A DNA stretch of 64,000 bases. Source: an uncultured delta proteobacterium (lineage in GTDB: Bacteria > Myxococcota_A > Polyangia > Fen-1088). Below, piece after piece: positions 29,363 through 40,199 of this stretch (its first letter is position 1; every line of letters starts with the position of its first letter). Made by a program: the position numbers and the translations under genes. The notes under the pieces were generated by a model. It did no database searches, was not told the DNA's origin, and saw only the letters and a list, made by a program, of their open reading frames with translations. The stretch covers positions 1,536,001 through 1,600,000 of the forward strand of contig CAVYGB010000008.1 in assembly GCA_963767925.1 (NCBI GenBank). The letters run 5' to 3'.

Positions 29363-30190
29363 TCACATCGGTCGAGTCGAGTCCGGCGTCTCCGCCGGAC
29401 TGACCAGGCGGCGTGCGGCGGCGGCGGTGGCAGGGTCGGCTGGGAAGAAGCACTCGATGCGCAGCTCCTGGACGGTGACGTCCTGGGCGGTGCCCAGGGT
29501 GGTGATGGCAGAGAAGTAGTCGAAGCGCTGGTCGCCATGAGCAAAGCGCATGGGGATCACCGGCAGCTGAGGGGTGGTGGGCGGCGCGATCGCCAGGCCA
29601 GCGGGGACGCCCGGGTAGGCCAGCACCTCGGCCAGCAGCGCCCGGGTGTCGGCGTCGGGGCGGCCGCCCAGCGCCTCGCGCTGGGTGCGCACCAGCAGGG
29701 TGCGCGCGACGTCCTCCCAGTTGGTGAGGAAGGGACGCAGGCCGTCGGGGTCGAAGATCAGGCGCAGCACGTTGGCCGGGCCGGCGGCGCGCGGGCCGAG
29801 CAGCAGGCCGAAGAAGCGGGCGGCGGCGCGGTTGGTCTGCAGAAGGTCCCAGCGGTGGTTCATCACCACCGCCGGGAAGGGCTCCTGCTGGGCCAGGATG
29901 GCCTCCAGCGCCCCGCGGACCGCTGCCAGGACGGGGGCGTCCAGGGGCGACTCCGGGTAGACCGGGGCGAACCCACCCGCCAGAAGCAAGGCGTTGCGCT
30001 CGCGCAGGGGCACGTCGAGCGCTCCTGCCAGACGCAGCACCATCTCGCGGCTGGGCTGGGCCCGCCCGGTCTCCACGAAGCTGAGGTGGCGGGGGGAGAT
30101 CTCCGCCTCGGTGGCCAGCGCTAGCTGGCTGAGCTGCCGGGTCCGCCGCCATTGCTGGAGAAGGACCCCCACCCCGCTCGCGGTCTGCAT
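29363..30190 (-). CDS. XRE-HTH transcriptional regulator (MmyB-like)
   Basis: 'LSQLALATEAEISPRHLSFVETGRAQPSRE', 'FPAVVMN', 'ELRIECFFPAD'. Confidence 0.88.
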   Translation of the reverse strand: MQTASGVGVLLQQWRRTRQLSQLALATEAEISPRHLSFVETGRAQPSREMVLRLAGALDVPLRERNALLLAGGFAPVYPESPLDAPVLAAVRGALEAILAQQEPFPAVVMNHRWDLLQTNRAAARFFGLLLGPRAAGPANVLRLIFDPDGLRPFLTNWEDVARTLLVRTQREALGGRPDADTRALLAEVLAYPGVPAGLAIAPPTTPQLPVIPMRFAHGDQRFDYFSAITTLGTAQDVTVQELRIECFFPADPATAAAARRLVSPAETPDSTRPM

Positions 30191-30203
30191 GCCGTTGTTT
30201 CTA

Positions 30204-30752
30204 TCAGGCCGCCCAGGCCTGAGCCTGGAAGGGCGCCTCCAGGTCGGGGTGGGTGATGTTGCCGGCGTAGTTGGCCATCACCGACACCGCCAGCCCGGCG
30301 ATCACCTCCAGCACCTGGTCCGCGCCGAACCCGGCCGCCATGAAGCGCTCGAGCTCGCACGCGTTGACGTGCCCGCGCGCCTCGGCCAGGGCCCGGGTCA
30401 GCGCAGACAGGGCAGCCAGCCGCGGCACCGCCGGCAGCCGGCGCTCACGGATGGCGCGCACGTCATCGGCCGCCACCCCCTCCCTCAGCGCGGCGGTGGA
30501 GTGAAAGGCCACCGCCCACGGGCAGCGGTTGCCCACGGCGTTGCTGAGCAGCAGCACCTGCCGCTCGGCGCCGGTGAAGCTGCCTTGCGCGAAGCGCCCG
30601 AACACGCCCACGAAGCCGTTGATCAGCGTGGGCGAGGTGGCCATGGTGGCCGCCAGGTTGGGCACAAGGCCCAGCGCCTGCTGCAACCCCTGCAGCGCAG
30701 GGCGCGACGCCTCCGGGGCAGTTTCGAGTGAGTGGATGGGATAGATGCTCAT
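30204..30752 (-). CDS. Carboxymuconolactone decarboxylase/AhpD-like protein
   Basis: 'GLVPNLAATMA', 'NRCPWAVAFH', 'QVLEVIAGLA...NY'. Confidence 0.85.
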   Translation of the reverse strand: MSIYPIHSLETAPEASRPALQGLQQALGLVPNLAATMATSPTLINGFVGVFGRFAQGSFTGAERQVLLLSNAVGNRCPWAVAFHSTAALREGVAADDVRAIRERRLPAVPRLAALSALTRALAEARGHVNACELERFMAAGFGADQVLEVIAGLAVSVMANYAGNITHPDLEAPFQAQAWAA

Positions 30753-30929
30753 GGTTCGATCCTCCATGCCTCCCGTGGTACCGCCCCGCCGGCTGCGTCT
30801 CAATTCCCTGCGAGGTAATGGCGGGCGGTTTCACCCGCTACTGTTCGCCCTCGCCCCCCGTCTGCGGGGCCGCCTTCGGCCCGTCGGAACAGCCGACGAC
30901 GTTGAGAGCCAGCTCACGCTGGAACGGAG

Positions 30930-31690
30930 AGTCGGTCTGAGTCGATCGATCTTCGTGTTCGTGTTGGTGACCGCCGGCGTCCCCGGCTGCGCGTCGCTGC
31001 GGCGGGCGCCGATGGCCGCCGGGCCGGACCTGCTCTACGAGGTCACGCTGCTCGAGGACGGCGCCGCTGGCATCACCGGCGAGATCAGCATGCAGGTGAA
31101 AGGGGCGGCGGAGGGGGTTACGACCTTCACGCTGGCCGAGGGCCGCGACCACGGGGACGTGGAGCGCAACTTCGCCGGGCTGGTTGCCAGTACCCCCGAC
31201 GGACAGGCCCTGGCTGTTGCCCGGCGGCCCGGCCGCCCCCAGTGGGTGGTACAGCACCGGCCGGGCCAGCGCCTGTCCCTGCATTGGCGGCAGACCCAAG
31301 CGCTGCCCAGGTGCGAGGACCGGGCCGGGCGACACTTCCGGGTGGCGGCTGCCAGCGGCCTCCCCTATCCCTATCCCCCACACCTCGGTGAGGAGGCCCA
31401 GCGTATCGGCTTTCGCTGGCGTGGGTTCGCCGAAACGGCGGGCTGGGCGACCGCCTCGTCTTTCGGGCTGGAACGAGACGTGACGTTCGCAGCCACCCGC
31501 TGGCAGTTCCTGCACACGCACTCTCTGGCCGCGCCGCACATGACGTTCACTCGGCGGCAACTGGACCCCGACCGCGCCCTGGTGCTGGCGGTCGTCGGTC
31601 AGCAATGGAAATTCTCTCGCGACGCCCTGGCTGACGACGCGATTCGCATCGTGCGCGGGGTGCGGGCGCTTTTCGCCCACCCTGGCCCGC
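30930..31690 (+). pseudogene. Truncated exported protein, possibly the N-terminus of an M61-like peptidase
   Basis: Lipoprotein-like leader, 'WVVQHRPG', 'WATASSFG'; coding-like sequence ends before any HEXXH and runs into the next gene. Confidence 0.35.
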
Positions 31691-31724
31691 CCCTCCCGGG
31701 GAGCGGGCGCGGTAGTCTGGGCGT

Positions 31725-32648
31725 GTGTCGCTCCACACGAAGATCATCGGACGCCAGAGCGGGATCTGCCTCTACGGCCTGGCGCCGCCCAAGCGGGCCA
31801 CGGCCGCCGCCGAGATGGAGGTAATCGCCGCCCAGCAGGAGGCGAGGCTGGGGTCGCTGGGATTGGATGGTCTCATCATCTACGAGCTCCAGGACGAGGC
31901 CGAGCGAACCTCGGAGCCCCGCCCTTTCCCGTTCCTCCCTACCGTCGATCCGCTCGCGTATGCGCATCAGCACCTCGGGCGCCTGGCGGTGCCCAAGATT
32001 GTCTACCGCTGCGTTAGCCGCGACACTGCCGCAGGCCTCGTGGGCTGGCTCCAGCAGCCGCGCCCGGCGTCGTCCCAGCTGTCGGTGCTGGTCGGCGCGG
32101 CCAGCCGGCACGCGCCCGCGAGCCTGCGGCTGACCGAGGCATACGCGCTAGCCCGACAGCATGCACCTGCGCATGTGCTTGGCGGCATCGCCATCGCCGA
32201 GCGCCACGCGCGCACCGGCGACGAGCACGAGCGCATCCTCGCCAAGACCGAGGCGGGCTGCCGCTTCTTCGTCACCCAGGCGGTCTACGATGTGACCGCC
32301 ACGAAATCACTCCTGTCCGACTACGCGCTCGCCACCCGCCGGTCCGGCGTCGAGCCAGTGCCAATCATTCTCACGTTTTCCCCCTGCGGTTCCGCGAAGA
32401 CGCTGGCCTTCATGCAGTGGCTGGGAATTGCCTTTCCGCGGTGGCTCGAGAACGAGTTGCGCCACGCGCCCGATCCGCTGGCGACCTCGGTGGGCCTGTG
32501 CGAGAAGATCTATGCCGAGGCGTGGGAGTACGCCCGCGACAAGGGACTCCCGCTGGGAGTGAACGTCGAAAGCGTGTCGATCCGAAAGGCGGAGATCGAG
32601 GCGTCGGTCGAGTTGTTCCGTCGGCTGCGCGCCCTGATGAGCCGGTAA
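31725..32648 (+). CDS. Methylenetetrahydrofolate reductase-like protein
   Basis: 'LYGLAPPK', 'YELQDE..R...PRPFPF', 'GCRFFVTQAVYD', 'NVESVSIRKAEIEAS'. Confidence 0.8.
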   Translation: MSLHTKIIGRQSGICLYGLAPPKRATAAAEMEVIAAQQEARLGSLGLDGLIIYELQDEAERTSEPRPFPFLPTVDPLAYAHQHLGRLAVPKIVYRCVSRDTAAGLVGWLQQPRPASSQLSVLVGAASRHAPASLRLTEAYALARQHAPAHVLGGIAIAERHARTGDEHERILAKTEAGCRFFVTQAVYDVTATKSLLSDYALATRRSGVEPVPIILTFSPCGSAKTLAFMQWLGIAFPRWLENELRHAPDPLATSVGLCEKIYAEAWEYARDKGLPLGVNVESVSIRKAEIEASVELFRRLRALMSR

Positions 32649-32651
32649 TAC

Positions 32652-33670
32652 CGTGGGCAGGCGCAGTTCTTCAGCGAGCTGCTCCGGCGTCTCGAGGCCC
32701 TACCGGGCGTGAAGGGCGCCACCTTCGCGCGAGAGATGCCTTTCGGGCGGGTGTTCAATTCGTGGAGCTTCACGCTGGAAGACCGACCGGCACCCGCGGC
32801 CGACAATCCCTGGTGGGCGAACGCCCGGGGCGTCGGCGATGGGTACTTTCGCACGCTGGGGATCCCGGTTCTTCAGGGCCGGGGCTTCGAGCCGGCCGAT
32901 ATGCTGGCCCCGGACCCGCCAAGGTGGTCGTGATCAACGAGACCCTGGCCCGCCAGTACTGGCCTCGGGGCAGCGCCCTGGGCCATCGAATCCGGGCCTA
33001 TGAGCGAGATGTCGCCATCGTGGGCGTGGTGGCGGACACCCGCGGAACCTGCGATCAGTCGGGCTGTGCCGGCGCCGGAGCGGGACGGCTGGATCGGGCC
33101 CCGGTGCCCGAGGTCTACATCCCCAGCCAGGCCTTCAGCCAGAGCTACCTGGCGCTCCGGGCGGCCGGCCCATCCTCCACCGCTCTCGTCGGGCCGCTGC
33201 GCGAGACGGTGCGGGCGCTCGATCCCGGCGCGGTCATCAGCGAGATCCGCCCGATGGAGGCGGCGATCGACGACTCCCTGGACCAGCGCCGGCTCGTCAT
33301 GTTCCTCCTTGGCGCCTTCGCGGCGCTCGCGATGGTGCTCGCCGCCCTCGGCATCTACGGCGTCGTCTCGTATTCCGTCACCCAGCGAACCCGGGAGATC
33401 GGCGTCCGGATGGCGCTGGGCGCGAGCCCCTCGGGCATACGCACCATCGTCGTCATGCGGCTCTGTCTGGTCGGGCTCCTGCTCGGCGTGGCGGCCGCGC
33501 TGCTGCTCACCCGCCTGCTCGCGACCCAGCTCTTCGGCGTTTCGCCAGCGGATCCCGTGACCTTCCTGGGTCTCGCCGCCCTCATCCTGACGGTCTCGGT
33601 CGCCGGAAGCCTGGTCCCCGCTCTCAGGGCGACGCGCACCGATCCGATGATCGCCCTTCGCACGGAGTGA
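32652..33670 (+). pseudogene. C-terminal part of a second ADOP-type ABC permease (5' part missing, frameshift near 32915)
   Basis: Begins mid-domain with 'FFSELLRRLEALPGV' just after the MTHFR stop; ends 'DPMIALRTE'. Confidence 0.75.
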
Positions 33671-33774
33671 GCCGCGCCCTGCGGGCGGCCGGGTCTGGCC
33701 GCGGCGCTCCTGCATATCCCTGGCGTACATCACGAACACCTGGTTGCTCCCGGCCCCGCGCGGTAAGGACGGGC

Positions 33775-34380
33775 ATGCTCTCGCCGTCGACGCCGCTTCT
33801 CCTGGGGTTGGCAATCAGCTGCCCGGCCTCGACTTTCTGCAACCGGATCGAGCCGCCCGCTGTGCTGGCAGCGCCGCTGGGCGGGACCGGGCGAACGGCG
33901 GTGACCCTGGCCTTTCGCGGCGTGCGCATCTTCGATGGCCAACGGATCCTGCCGCGGGCGAACGTGCTGGTGGGCGGCGATCGTATCTTGGCAGTGGGGC
34001 AGGCGGCCATCCCGCCTGGGGTGGAGGTGGTCGCCGCCGACGGCGGCACCTTGTTGCCCGGGCTGATCGACGCCCACGCCCATGTGTGGACGGCCAGCCA
34101 GCTCGAGCAATCCCTGGTGTTCGGAGTGACGACGGTGCTGGACATGTTCAGCCAGCCCGCCGTGGTCAAGCAACTGCGGGACACGGACGGTCCAGGGCGG
34201 GCGGACCTTCGCTCCGCCGGCATCGTGGCCACGGCACCCGGTGGTCACGGGACCGAGTACGGCTTCCCCATCCCTACCCTGTCACGTCCCGAGGAAGCCC
34301 GGGCCTTCGTCGACGCCCGCCTGGCCGAGGGGTCGAGCTACCTCAAGATCGTCTACGACAGCTACATGCCCACGCTGTGA
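33775..34380 (+). pseudogene. 3'-truncated amidohydrolase
   Basis: 'LLPGLIDAHAH', 'GVTTVLDM', 'GGHGTEYG', 'YLKIVYD' then stop; the rest of the barrel is absent. Confidence 0.7.
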
Positions 34381-34503
34381 GAGCGGCAGCTCCTGGTACT
34401 ATCGCGGCTCGAACACCTTCAGGGCGGCCGAGGTGCCGAAGGCCTGGAAGAAGCGCCTGACCTGGGCGCGTCACCGACCAGTCGACGGCCCGTCGATCAC
34501 GTG

Positions 34504-35133
34504 TCAGGGGAGGCGGCGCGCGCGGATAACGGCGTCGACACCGCTGCCCGCCGCTGCTCGCGGACGCTCCTCGGCGACGACGACCTCCCAGGAGCGCGGA
34601 TCGAGCGCGGCGGTGGCGGCCTCGACGGACACTTGCACCTGACCGGCGGCCGCGGTCGCAGCTCCGGTCGCGGGATCGACGGGGCGGTGGCCGACCATGA
34701 GCAACGTCCCTCCACGTGCGACGCCGCTCGCCATCCGCTGCACCATCTCGTCGACGGATCCCGCCACGTGGACATAAAGGCAGACGACGAGATCGTAGTG
34801 CGCGAGCGCCGCCGTCCAGGTGGCGAGGTCGCCCTCGACCCAGACGATGCGCTCCGCGAGGTCGGCCCCGAGGGCCTCGGCCGTCGAGCGCCCGTGCGCC
34901 AGCGCGGACGACGAGAAGTCGACCGCCGTGACCTGCCACCCATGTGCCGCCAGCCACAGCGTCTCGGCGCCGTGGCCGCAACCAGCATCGAGCGCGCGCC
35001 CCGGACGAAGGCCGTCGATCTCGGCGATCAGATGCGCGTTCGGGGGACGGTGCGCGACCTTGTCCCCGTGCTCGCGCAAGGTCTTCGACCAGAGCTTCTC
35101 CCAGAACGACCGATCGTAGGTTGGCGTCGTCAC
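34504..35133 (-). CDS. Class I SAM-dependent methyltransferase
   Basis: 'RALDAGCGHG', 'VTAVDFS', 'YDLVV'. Confidence 0.88.
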   Translation of the reverse strand: MTTPTYDRSFWEKLWSKTLREHGDKVAHRPPNAHLIAEIDGLRPGRALDAGCGHGAETLWLAAHGWQVTAVDFSSSALAHGRSTAEALGADLAERIVWVEGDLATWTAALAHYDLVVCLYVHVAGSVDEMVQRMASGVARGGTLLMVGHRPVDPATGAATAAAGQVQVSVEAATAALDPRSWEVVVAEERPRAAAGSGVDAVIRARRLP

Positions 35134-35365
35134 GATGGCAGTTGCCTCATGCCAGCATCTTCACGGATCCGTCGGTTCCATGCACGCGGATGCGCTGCCC
35201 TGGACGCGACGGCAAGCGGAGAACCCGACGGCCGTCTCGCGAGCGCCTCGCCGATCCGTGCCACGTCCGGAGATGATGAGCATCGTCCTCAGAGCAGCGT
35301 CCCCCGCCCAGGGGAGCGAGGGACCACGGGGAAACCCTGACCACGCAAGCAACCAAGGAAGAAAC

Positions 35366-35857
35366 ATGGCAAACGACAACGCACGAGATCAGGACGCACC
35401 CAAGCCGGACCGCGCCTTGCAGCGCCTGAATCGCCTCGTTGGAACCTGGCGCATGAAAGGTCACGCCGTTGGTTCGAGCGAAGAGAACATCCTTGGCACA
35501 ACCACGTTCAAGTGGGTCCACGGAGAGATCGGCACCAGCTTCTTCCTGCAGCAGGACATGGATCTCGACTACGCCGGTACGTCGATCAAGAGCCGCGAGC
35601 TCATCGGCTACAATCCAAAAACCAAGGCCTTCTCGTCGTTCGTGTACTCGAACATGGCTCCCGATCCATGGCCCTACGACTGGGACATTCAAGGCGACAA
35701 GCTGACGATATCGATCAAGCACGGACCCATGAACGCATCGTTCGAGGGCAAGTTTTCGGAGGACGGCAAGAGCTTCTCGGGCGGCTGGCGCCCAAATCGA
35801 GGCGCCGATGAAACCATCAATTTTCCGTACGACATCCGCGTGTCCCGTACTGGGTAA
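35366..35857 (+). CDS. DUF1579-like protein
   Basis: 'RLVGTW', 'ELIGY', 'FEGKFSEDG..FSGGW'; RBS AAGGAAG upstream. Confidence 0.65.
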   Translation: MANDNARDQDAPKPDRALQRLNRLVGTWRMKGHAVGSSEENILGTTTFKWVHGEIGTSFFLQQDMDLDYAGTSIKSRELIGYNPKTKAFSSFVYSNMAPDPWPYDWDIQGDKLTISIKHGPMNASFEGKFSEDGKSFSGGWRPNRGADETINFPYDIRVSRTG

Positions 35858-36191
35858 AACCCGGAGAGGGATCTTGCTGGGCCTCGCCTTGGCGGTCGGC
35901 GTGGGTGCCTGTGGCGAGGACGACGACCTGGACTTCGGCGCCTGCGAGCAGGCCACAGCCGTCCTCAGGCTTCGCACCGCCGATGGCCAGGCGACGATCG
36001 CCCGGGTGGAGCTCGAACCGATCTTTCCAGGTCGCGCCTGTACCACGTCCTCGCCCTGTGGACCGATGACGCCCGCCGACGCCGGGTCGGCAGCCTGCGC
36101 CGAGCTCGACGTCGTCTCCTGGGGGGCCCTCGGCTGCTCCGTCCGCCTGACCTCCCTCAGCGGCAAGGTCGTGACCGTCGAATCCGGGTGA
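35808..36191 (+). CDS. Hypothetical Cys-containing lipoprotein (may continue past a frameshift to about 36280)
   Basis: Lipobox 'GVGAC'; several Cys; start uncertain. Confidence 0.45.
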   Translation: MKPSIFRTTSACPVLGKTRRGILLGLALAVGVGACGEDDDLDFGACEQATAVLRLRTADGQATIARVELEPIFPGRACTTSSPCGPMTPADAGSAACAELDVVSWGALGCSVRLTSLSGKVVTVESG

Positions 36192-36490
36192 AGGCAATTC
36201 CTGGCAGCGAGCACCGGTGCCGCGATGACCGCGGCTACCTTCGCGACGTTCCGGACGTCGCCTTCGACCCGCCCCTGAGTCACGGTCGACCTCTCGTCGC
36301 CTTGACGGCCGCCACAGTTGCAGCCTGGGCGCCGGTCGGTGGGAGCCAGAAAGGGCACGCGGTAGCCGCGGCCGACGCACGGCGTGGGGTACCCTCGCCC
36401 GCCGGTGCGCGCCGAACATCCGGGGGATCCGCCCCTTCCGCCCGGCCGGCACCCTACACATCTTCGACGAGAGGGCTTCGACGGCTGTCC

Positions 36491-36802
36491 ATGAAGGTGA
36501 CCATCTACGCGACCAGATACTGCGGGTTTTGCGTCGGCGCGAAGGCCATCCTTGATCGACTGGGCATCCCCTATGACACCATCGACGTGACGGGCGACCG
36601 GGCCGCCCGGGCGGCCCTGGTCCAGCTCGCGGGCGGGCGGCGGACGGTGCCGGTCATCCTCATCGGCAGGGAGGTGATCGGCGGCTACGTGGAGCTGGCG
36701 CGGCTCGCGGCCAGCGGGGAGCTCCACCTCCGGCTGGAGGGCGACGACGCGGCCGCCCCCGCCAACGACGCCTTCTACCCACCCGGCTCCAAGACCGGCT
36801 GA
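36491..36802 (+). CDS. grxC: Glutaredoxin
   Basis: 'YCGFC' active site, 'TVPVI', 'IGGY'. Confidence 0.8.
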   Translation: MKVTIYATRYCGFCVGAKAILDRLGIPYDTIDVTGDRAARAALVQLAGGRRTVPVILIGREVIGGYVELARLAASGELHLRLEGDDAAAPANDAFYPPGSKTG

Positions 36803-36919
36803 CGGCCCCGCCCCGGGGCCTCGGCGGGCCCGTGTTATGGTCCGCCGCCGTGTCACGGACGACGTGGATCGACCTCGCCGCCGCGGGTGTCGTCGCGTGC
36901 CCGCCCCGGAGGCGGCGGC

Positions 36920-37926
36920 GTGAGCGACCTCGGCGCGAGCGCCCTGGTCGCCGATCGGTTCTCGATCGACAGGCTGGTCGATCGCGGGGGGATGGGCGTC
37001 GTCTACCGGGCCTGGGATCGTCGCAGTGGAGAGCCGGGCGACCAGGTGCTCGTCTCGGTCGTGCTGGCGGCCTCCCGGGCGGCGGTGGACGGATCCTCCG
37101 CCTCTCCGGCGGCACCGCTCGAGGACATCGAGGGCTTCGAGGCCGTGCGGGCGGCCATGGCCCGGTTCAACTGCCCCCTCGATCGGCTGCGCGATGGCTC
37201 GGTTGTCGCCACCATCTTGCCGCCTCACAGCGCGACGGATCAAGCGCGCATCGCCGCCCGCTGTGCCCTGGCCCTGCGCGATCGGATGCCCGGTGCCCGG
37301 CTGGCCGTCACCACCGGGCCCGCGCCCCGCGACGGCAGCACCCGCATCGGCGACGCCGTGGATCGCGCCATCCGCCTGGTCGAGACCGAGCCGGAGAGCG
37401 CGGATGGCATCCGGCTCGACTCCCTCACCGCCGGCCTGCTGGACGCCCGGTTCCTGACCGCCGCCCGGGGCGAGGCGCGCTGGCTGCTGTCGGAGAACCC
37501 CGATCTCGACGAGACCCGCCCGCTGCTCGGCAAGCCTACCCCCTGGGTGGGACGGGAGATGGATCTGGTCCAGCTCGAGAGCCTGATGGCCGCCGTCGTC
37601 GAGGAGTCGTTGGCCCGGGTGGCGCTGGTCACCGGGCCACCCGGCATCGGCAAATCGAGGCTGCGCCACGAGCTCAGCCGGCGGCTGCAGGGGCGTTATC
37701 CCTCGGAGGTCCGATGTGCAGCGAGCTGCTCCTCCGGGTCAGCGCCGCCGAGGCCCTGTACGAGGCCGGCGATCGGGACCGGGCCCGGATCGTCCTCGAC
37801 CAGGCGCTGGCCCGGATCGATCTACGGGCGGAGAAGATGACCGATCCCGGGCTCCGGGAGATCTTCCTGAACCGACGGGCCGAGAATCACCGCGCCCGGG
37901 CGCTGCACCTGGCCTGGCAGCGCTGA
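36920..37926 (+). pseudogene. Multiply deleted Ser/Thr kinase-cyclase-like-AAA ATPase gene
   Basis: Only kinase subdomain I ('RGGMGVVYRAWD') remains; Walker A 'GPPGIGKS' is followed by a jump to the C-terminal tail 'LREIFLNRRAENHR'. Confidence 0.7.
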
Positions 37927-38047
37927 GGCGCCGGGAAGAGGGCCCAGCGAAGCGACAAACGTTTCCGCCGGCCTGACGACGACGGGGGCATCTTTACCAT
38001 GCTTTGACATGGGGTCTCGCCAGCCGCCGGTGTAAAGCTGTCCCTCC

Positions 38048-39247
38048 ATGCCGAGCACTGCGCATCGTCTCGGGATCGGCCTCGTCGTCCTCGGGCTGCT
38101 GGGTGCCCTGGCCCGCGACGCCGGCGCCCAGCGCTCGAAGGAGCTGGGCATTCCCTGGTGGATCTACGTCGGCACCTACACCGGACCGGAGAGCAAGGGC
38201 ATCTATCTCTTCCAGATGAAGACCTCCGAGAACCCCGACATCCCGGAGTTCGTCACCATGACGCCGCAGGGCCTCGTCGCCGAGACCCTGAACCCCACCT
38301 TCCTCGAGATCGATCCCAGGCGGCGCGTCCTGTTTTCGGTGAGCGAGGTCGACACCTTCCAGGGGAAGAAGTCCGGGTCGGTCAGCGCGTTCGCCATCGA
38401 CGCGGTCTCGGGCAAGCTGACGCTGCTGGGCCAGCGGCCCTCGCTGGGCGGACGCCCTGGCCACCTGGCGCTCGATCGGGAGCGGCGGCACCTGGTCGTC
38501 GCGAACCACAGCGGCAGCGTCGCGGTCTTCCCGGTGGCGCCCGATGGGAAGCTGGGCGAGCCCACCGACGTCCGCCAGCACAGCGGCAAGAGCGTCCATC
38601 CCGAGCGGCAGCAAGGTCCTCACGCGCAAGGCGTGACCTTCAGCCCCGACAACCGCTTCCTCTTCGTGTGCGACCTCGGGCTCGACCGGGTCGTCGCCTA
38701 CCACTTCGACGCCCGGACCGGGAAGCTGGCGCCCCACGAGGCTGGGCTCGCTCGGGTGAAGCCGGGCGCGGGCCCCCGCCGTCTGGCGTTTCGTCCCGAC
38801 GGCAAGTTCGCCTACCTGGTCAACGAGCTCGACTCCACCGTCACAACCTTCGCCTACGAGCCGAAGGCCGGCCTCCTGAAGAACCTGCAGACGCTACCGA
38901 CGGTCCCGCCTTATCACGACGGCCCCAACCGGGCGACCGAGCTGGGGCTCCTGCCCTCGGGCAAGTTTCTCTTCGTCTCGAACGCCGGGCACAACAGCGT
39001 GGTCCTGTTCAGCGTCGACGCCAGCCAGGGCACCCTCACCTACGTCGAGGATCAGAGCACCTACGGCACCATGCCCCTGCACTTCGGCATGGACACGCCG
39101 GGCAAGCACCTCGCCGTCGCCAACCGCGAGTCCGGCAACATCCTCATCCTGCGGGCGCCCGAGAACGCCCGCGTGAAGCCCGGGGGAAACGTGGTGAAGA
39201 TGCCGGGCGCCGCCTGTGCGGTCTTCCTCTCCCCGCCCGCCCGGTAG
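38048..39247 (+). CDS. Lactonase (6-phosphogluconolactonase-like 7-bladed propeller)
   Basis: 'YVGTYT', 'HPERQQGPHA', 'DLGLD', 'GAGPRRL', 'YLVNEL'. Confidence 0.88.
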   Translation: MPSTAHRLGIGLVVLGLLGALARDAGAQRSKELGIPWWIYVGTYTGPESKGIYLFQMKTSENPDIPEFVTMTPQGLVAETLNPTFLEIDPRRRVLFSVSEVDTFQGKKSGSVSAFAIDAVSGKLTLLGQRPSLGGRPGHLALDRERRHLVVANHSGSVAVFPVAPDGKLGEPTDVRQHSGKSVHPERQQGPHAQGVTFSPDNRFLFVCDLGLDRVVAYHFDARTGKLAPHEAGLARVKPGAGPRRLAFRPDGKFAYLVNELDSTVTTFAYEPKAGLLKNLQTLPTVPPYHDGPNRATELGLLPSGKFLFVSNAGHNSVVLFSVDASQGTLTYVEDQSTYGTMPLHFGMDTPGKHLAVANRESGNILILRAPENARVKPGGNVVKMPGAACAVFLSPPAR

Positions 39248-39286
39248 TTCGGGCAGCGGCTCACTATTTTCTGCGACAGTCGCTAG

Positions 39287-40030
39287 CTAGGGGCAGTCGC
39301 CGTTGGCCTTGAGGCCGGCGTAGATGAAGCTGCAAGCGGTGTTGTTGTTCGCCGCGGCCTGGTAGGCCGCCTGGCACTGGGTCTTCTTGGCCGGGTCGGC
39401 GATGGCCGCGCAGCAGATCATCAGCTCGGAGCAGGTCCCGCCAAAAAGGCCATCGGGGAGCCCGCCATCGAACGGAAACGGAAACCCGCCGTCCGGGATC
39501 GGCGCAGGGTCGCTCAAGCAGGCCGGCCGGGTGCAGGGCGAGGCACTCTGGCACGCCTGGACGGTCTCCGCGCAGGTCTGACAGGCAGTGGAGGGAAATC
39601 CGCAGCCGGTGAGACAGGTGATGTCCCCGCAACCGCACCGGCTGTAGCACTGGATGAAGGTGCCGCAGGGGCCGCTGAAGTTCCCCATCTGGACGCCCGT
39701 GCCGTAGCAGGCCTTGAACTCGGTCTCGCACCGGGAAAACGTGCAGGTGTTGTAGGTGTCGAGCTCCGCCTGGGTGCAGGAGCTGGATCCTCCTCCGCCC
39801 AGCCCGCAGCCCAGGCTCGGCATCCCGCCGCTGCCGCCGGTGCCCCCGCCGCCACCGCTGCCGCCGCCGCCACCGCTGCCGCCGGCCCCGCCCGTGCCCC
39901 CTGCCCCACCCGAACCGCCCGTCGCCGGCGCGTCCCCGCCGCCGCCGTCCCGTTTGACGGTGCTGCCGCTGCCACAGGCGGCCATTCCGGCGGTCAGAGC
40001 AACCACCACGACGACGAGAGGCGTTCGCAT
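39287..40030 (-). CDS. Cys-rich lipoprotein with Gly/Ser/Thr linker
   Basis: Lipobox 'MAAC'; long GGxGG linker; many Cys. Confidence 0.75.
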   Translation of the reverse strand: MRTPLVVVVVALTAGMAACGSGSTVKRDGGGGDAPATGGSGGAGGTGGAGGSGGGGGSGGGGGTGGSGGMPSLGCGLGGGGSSSCTQAELDTYNTCTFSRCETEFKACYGTGVQMGNFSGPCGTFIQCYSRCGCGDITCLTGCGFPSTACQTCAETVQACQSASPCTRPACLSDPAPIPDGGFPFPFDGGLPDGLFGGTCSELMICCAAIADPAKKTQCQAAYQAAANNNTACSFIYAGLKANGDCP

Positions 40031-40199
40031 GAGGAGTCTCCTGCGCCGGGATCAGAAAGCCGGCCGCTCATTGTGAAGGTCCCGCCGCGATCCCGTCAGA
40101 ATCCGCTCGAACCACGGAAGGCGTGCCGACCCGCGCGAGGTAGGTGGTCTCGCACCTCGCACCTCGCGCCGGACAGAGACCGTGCGCTCGTCCCGTCGT

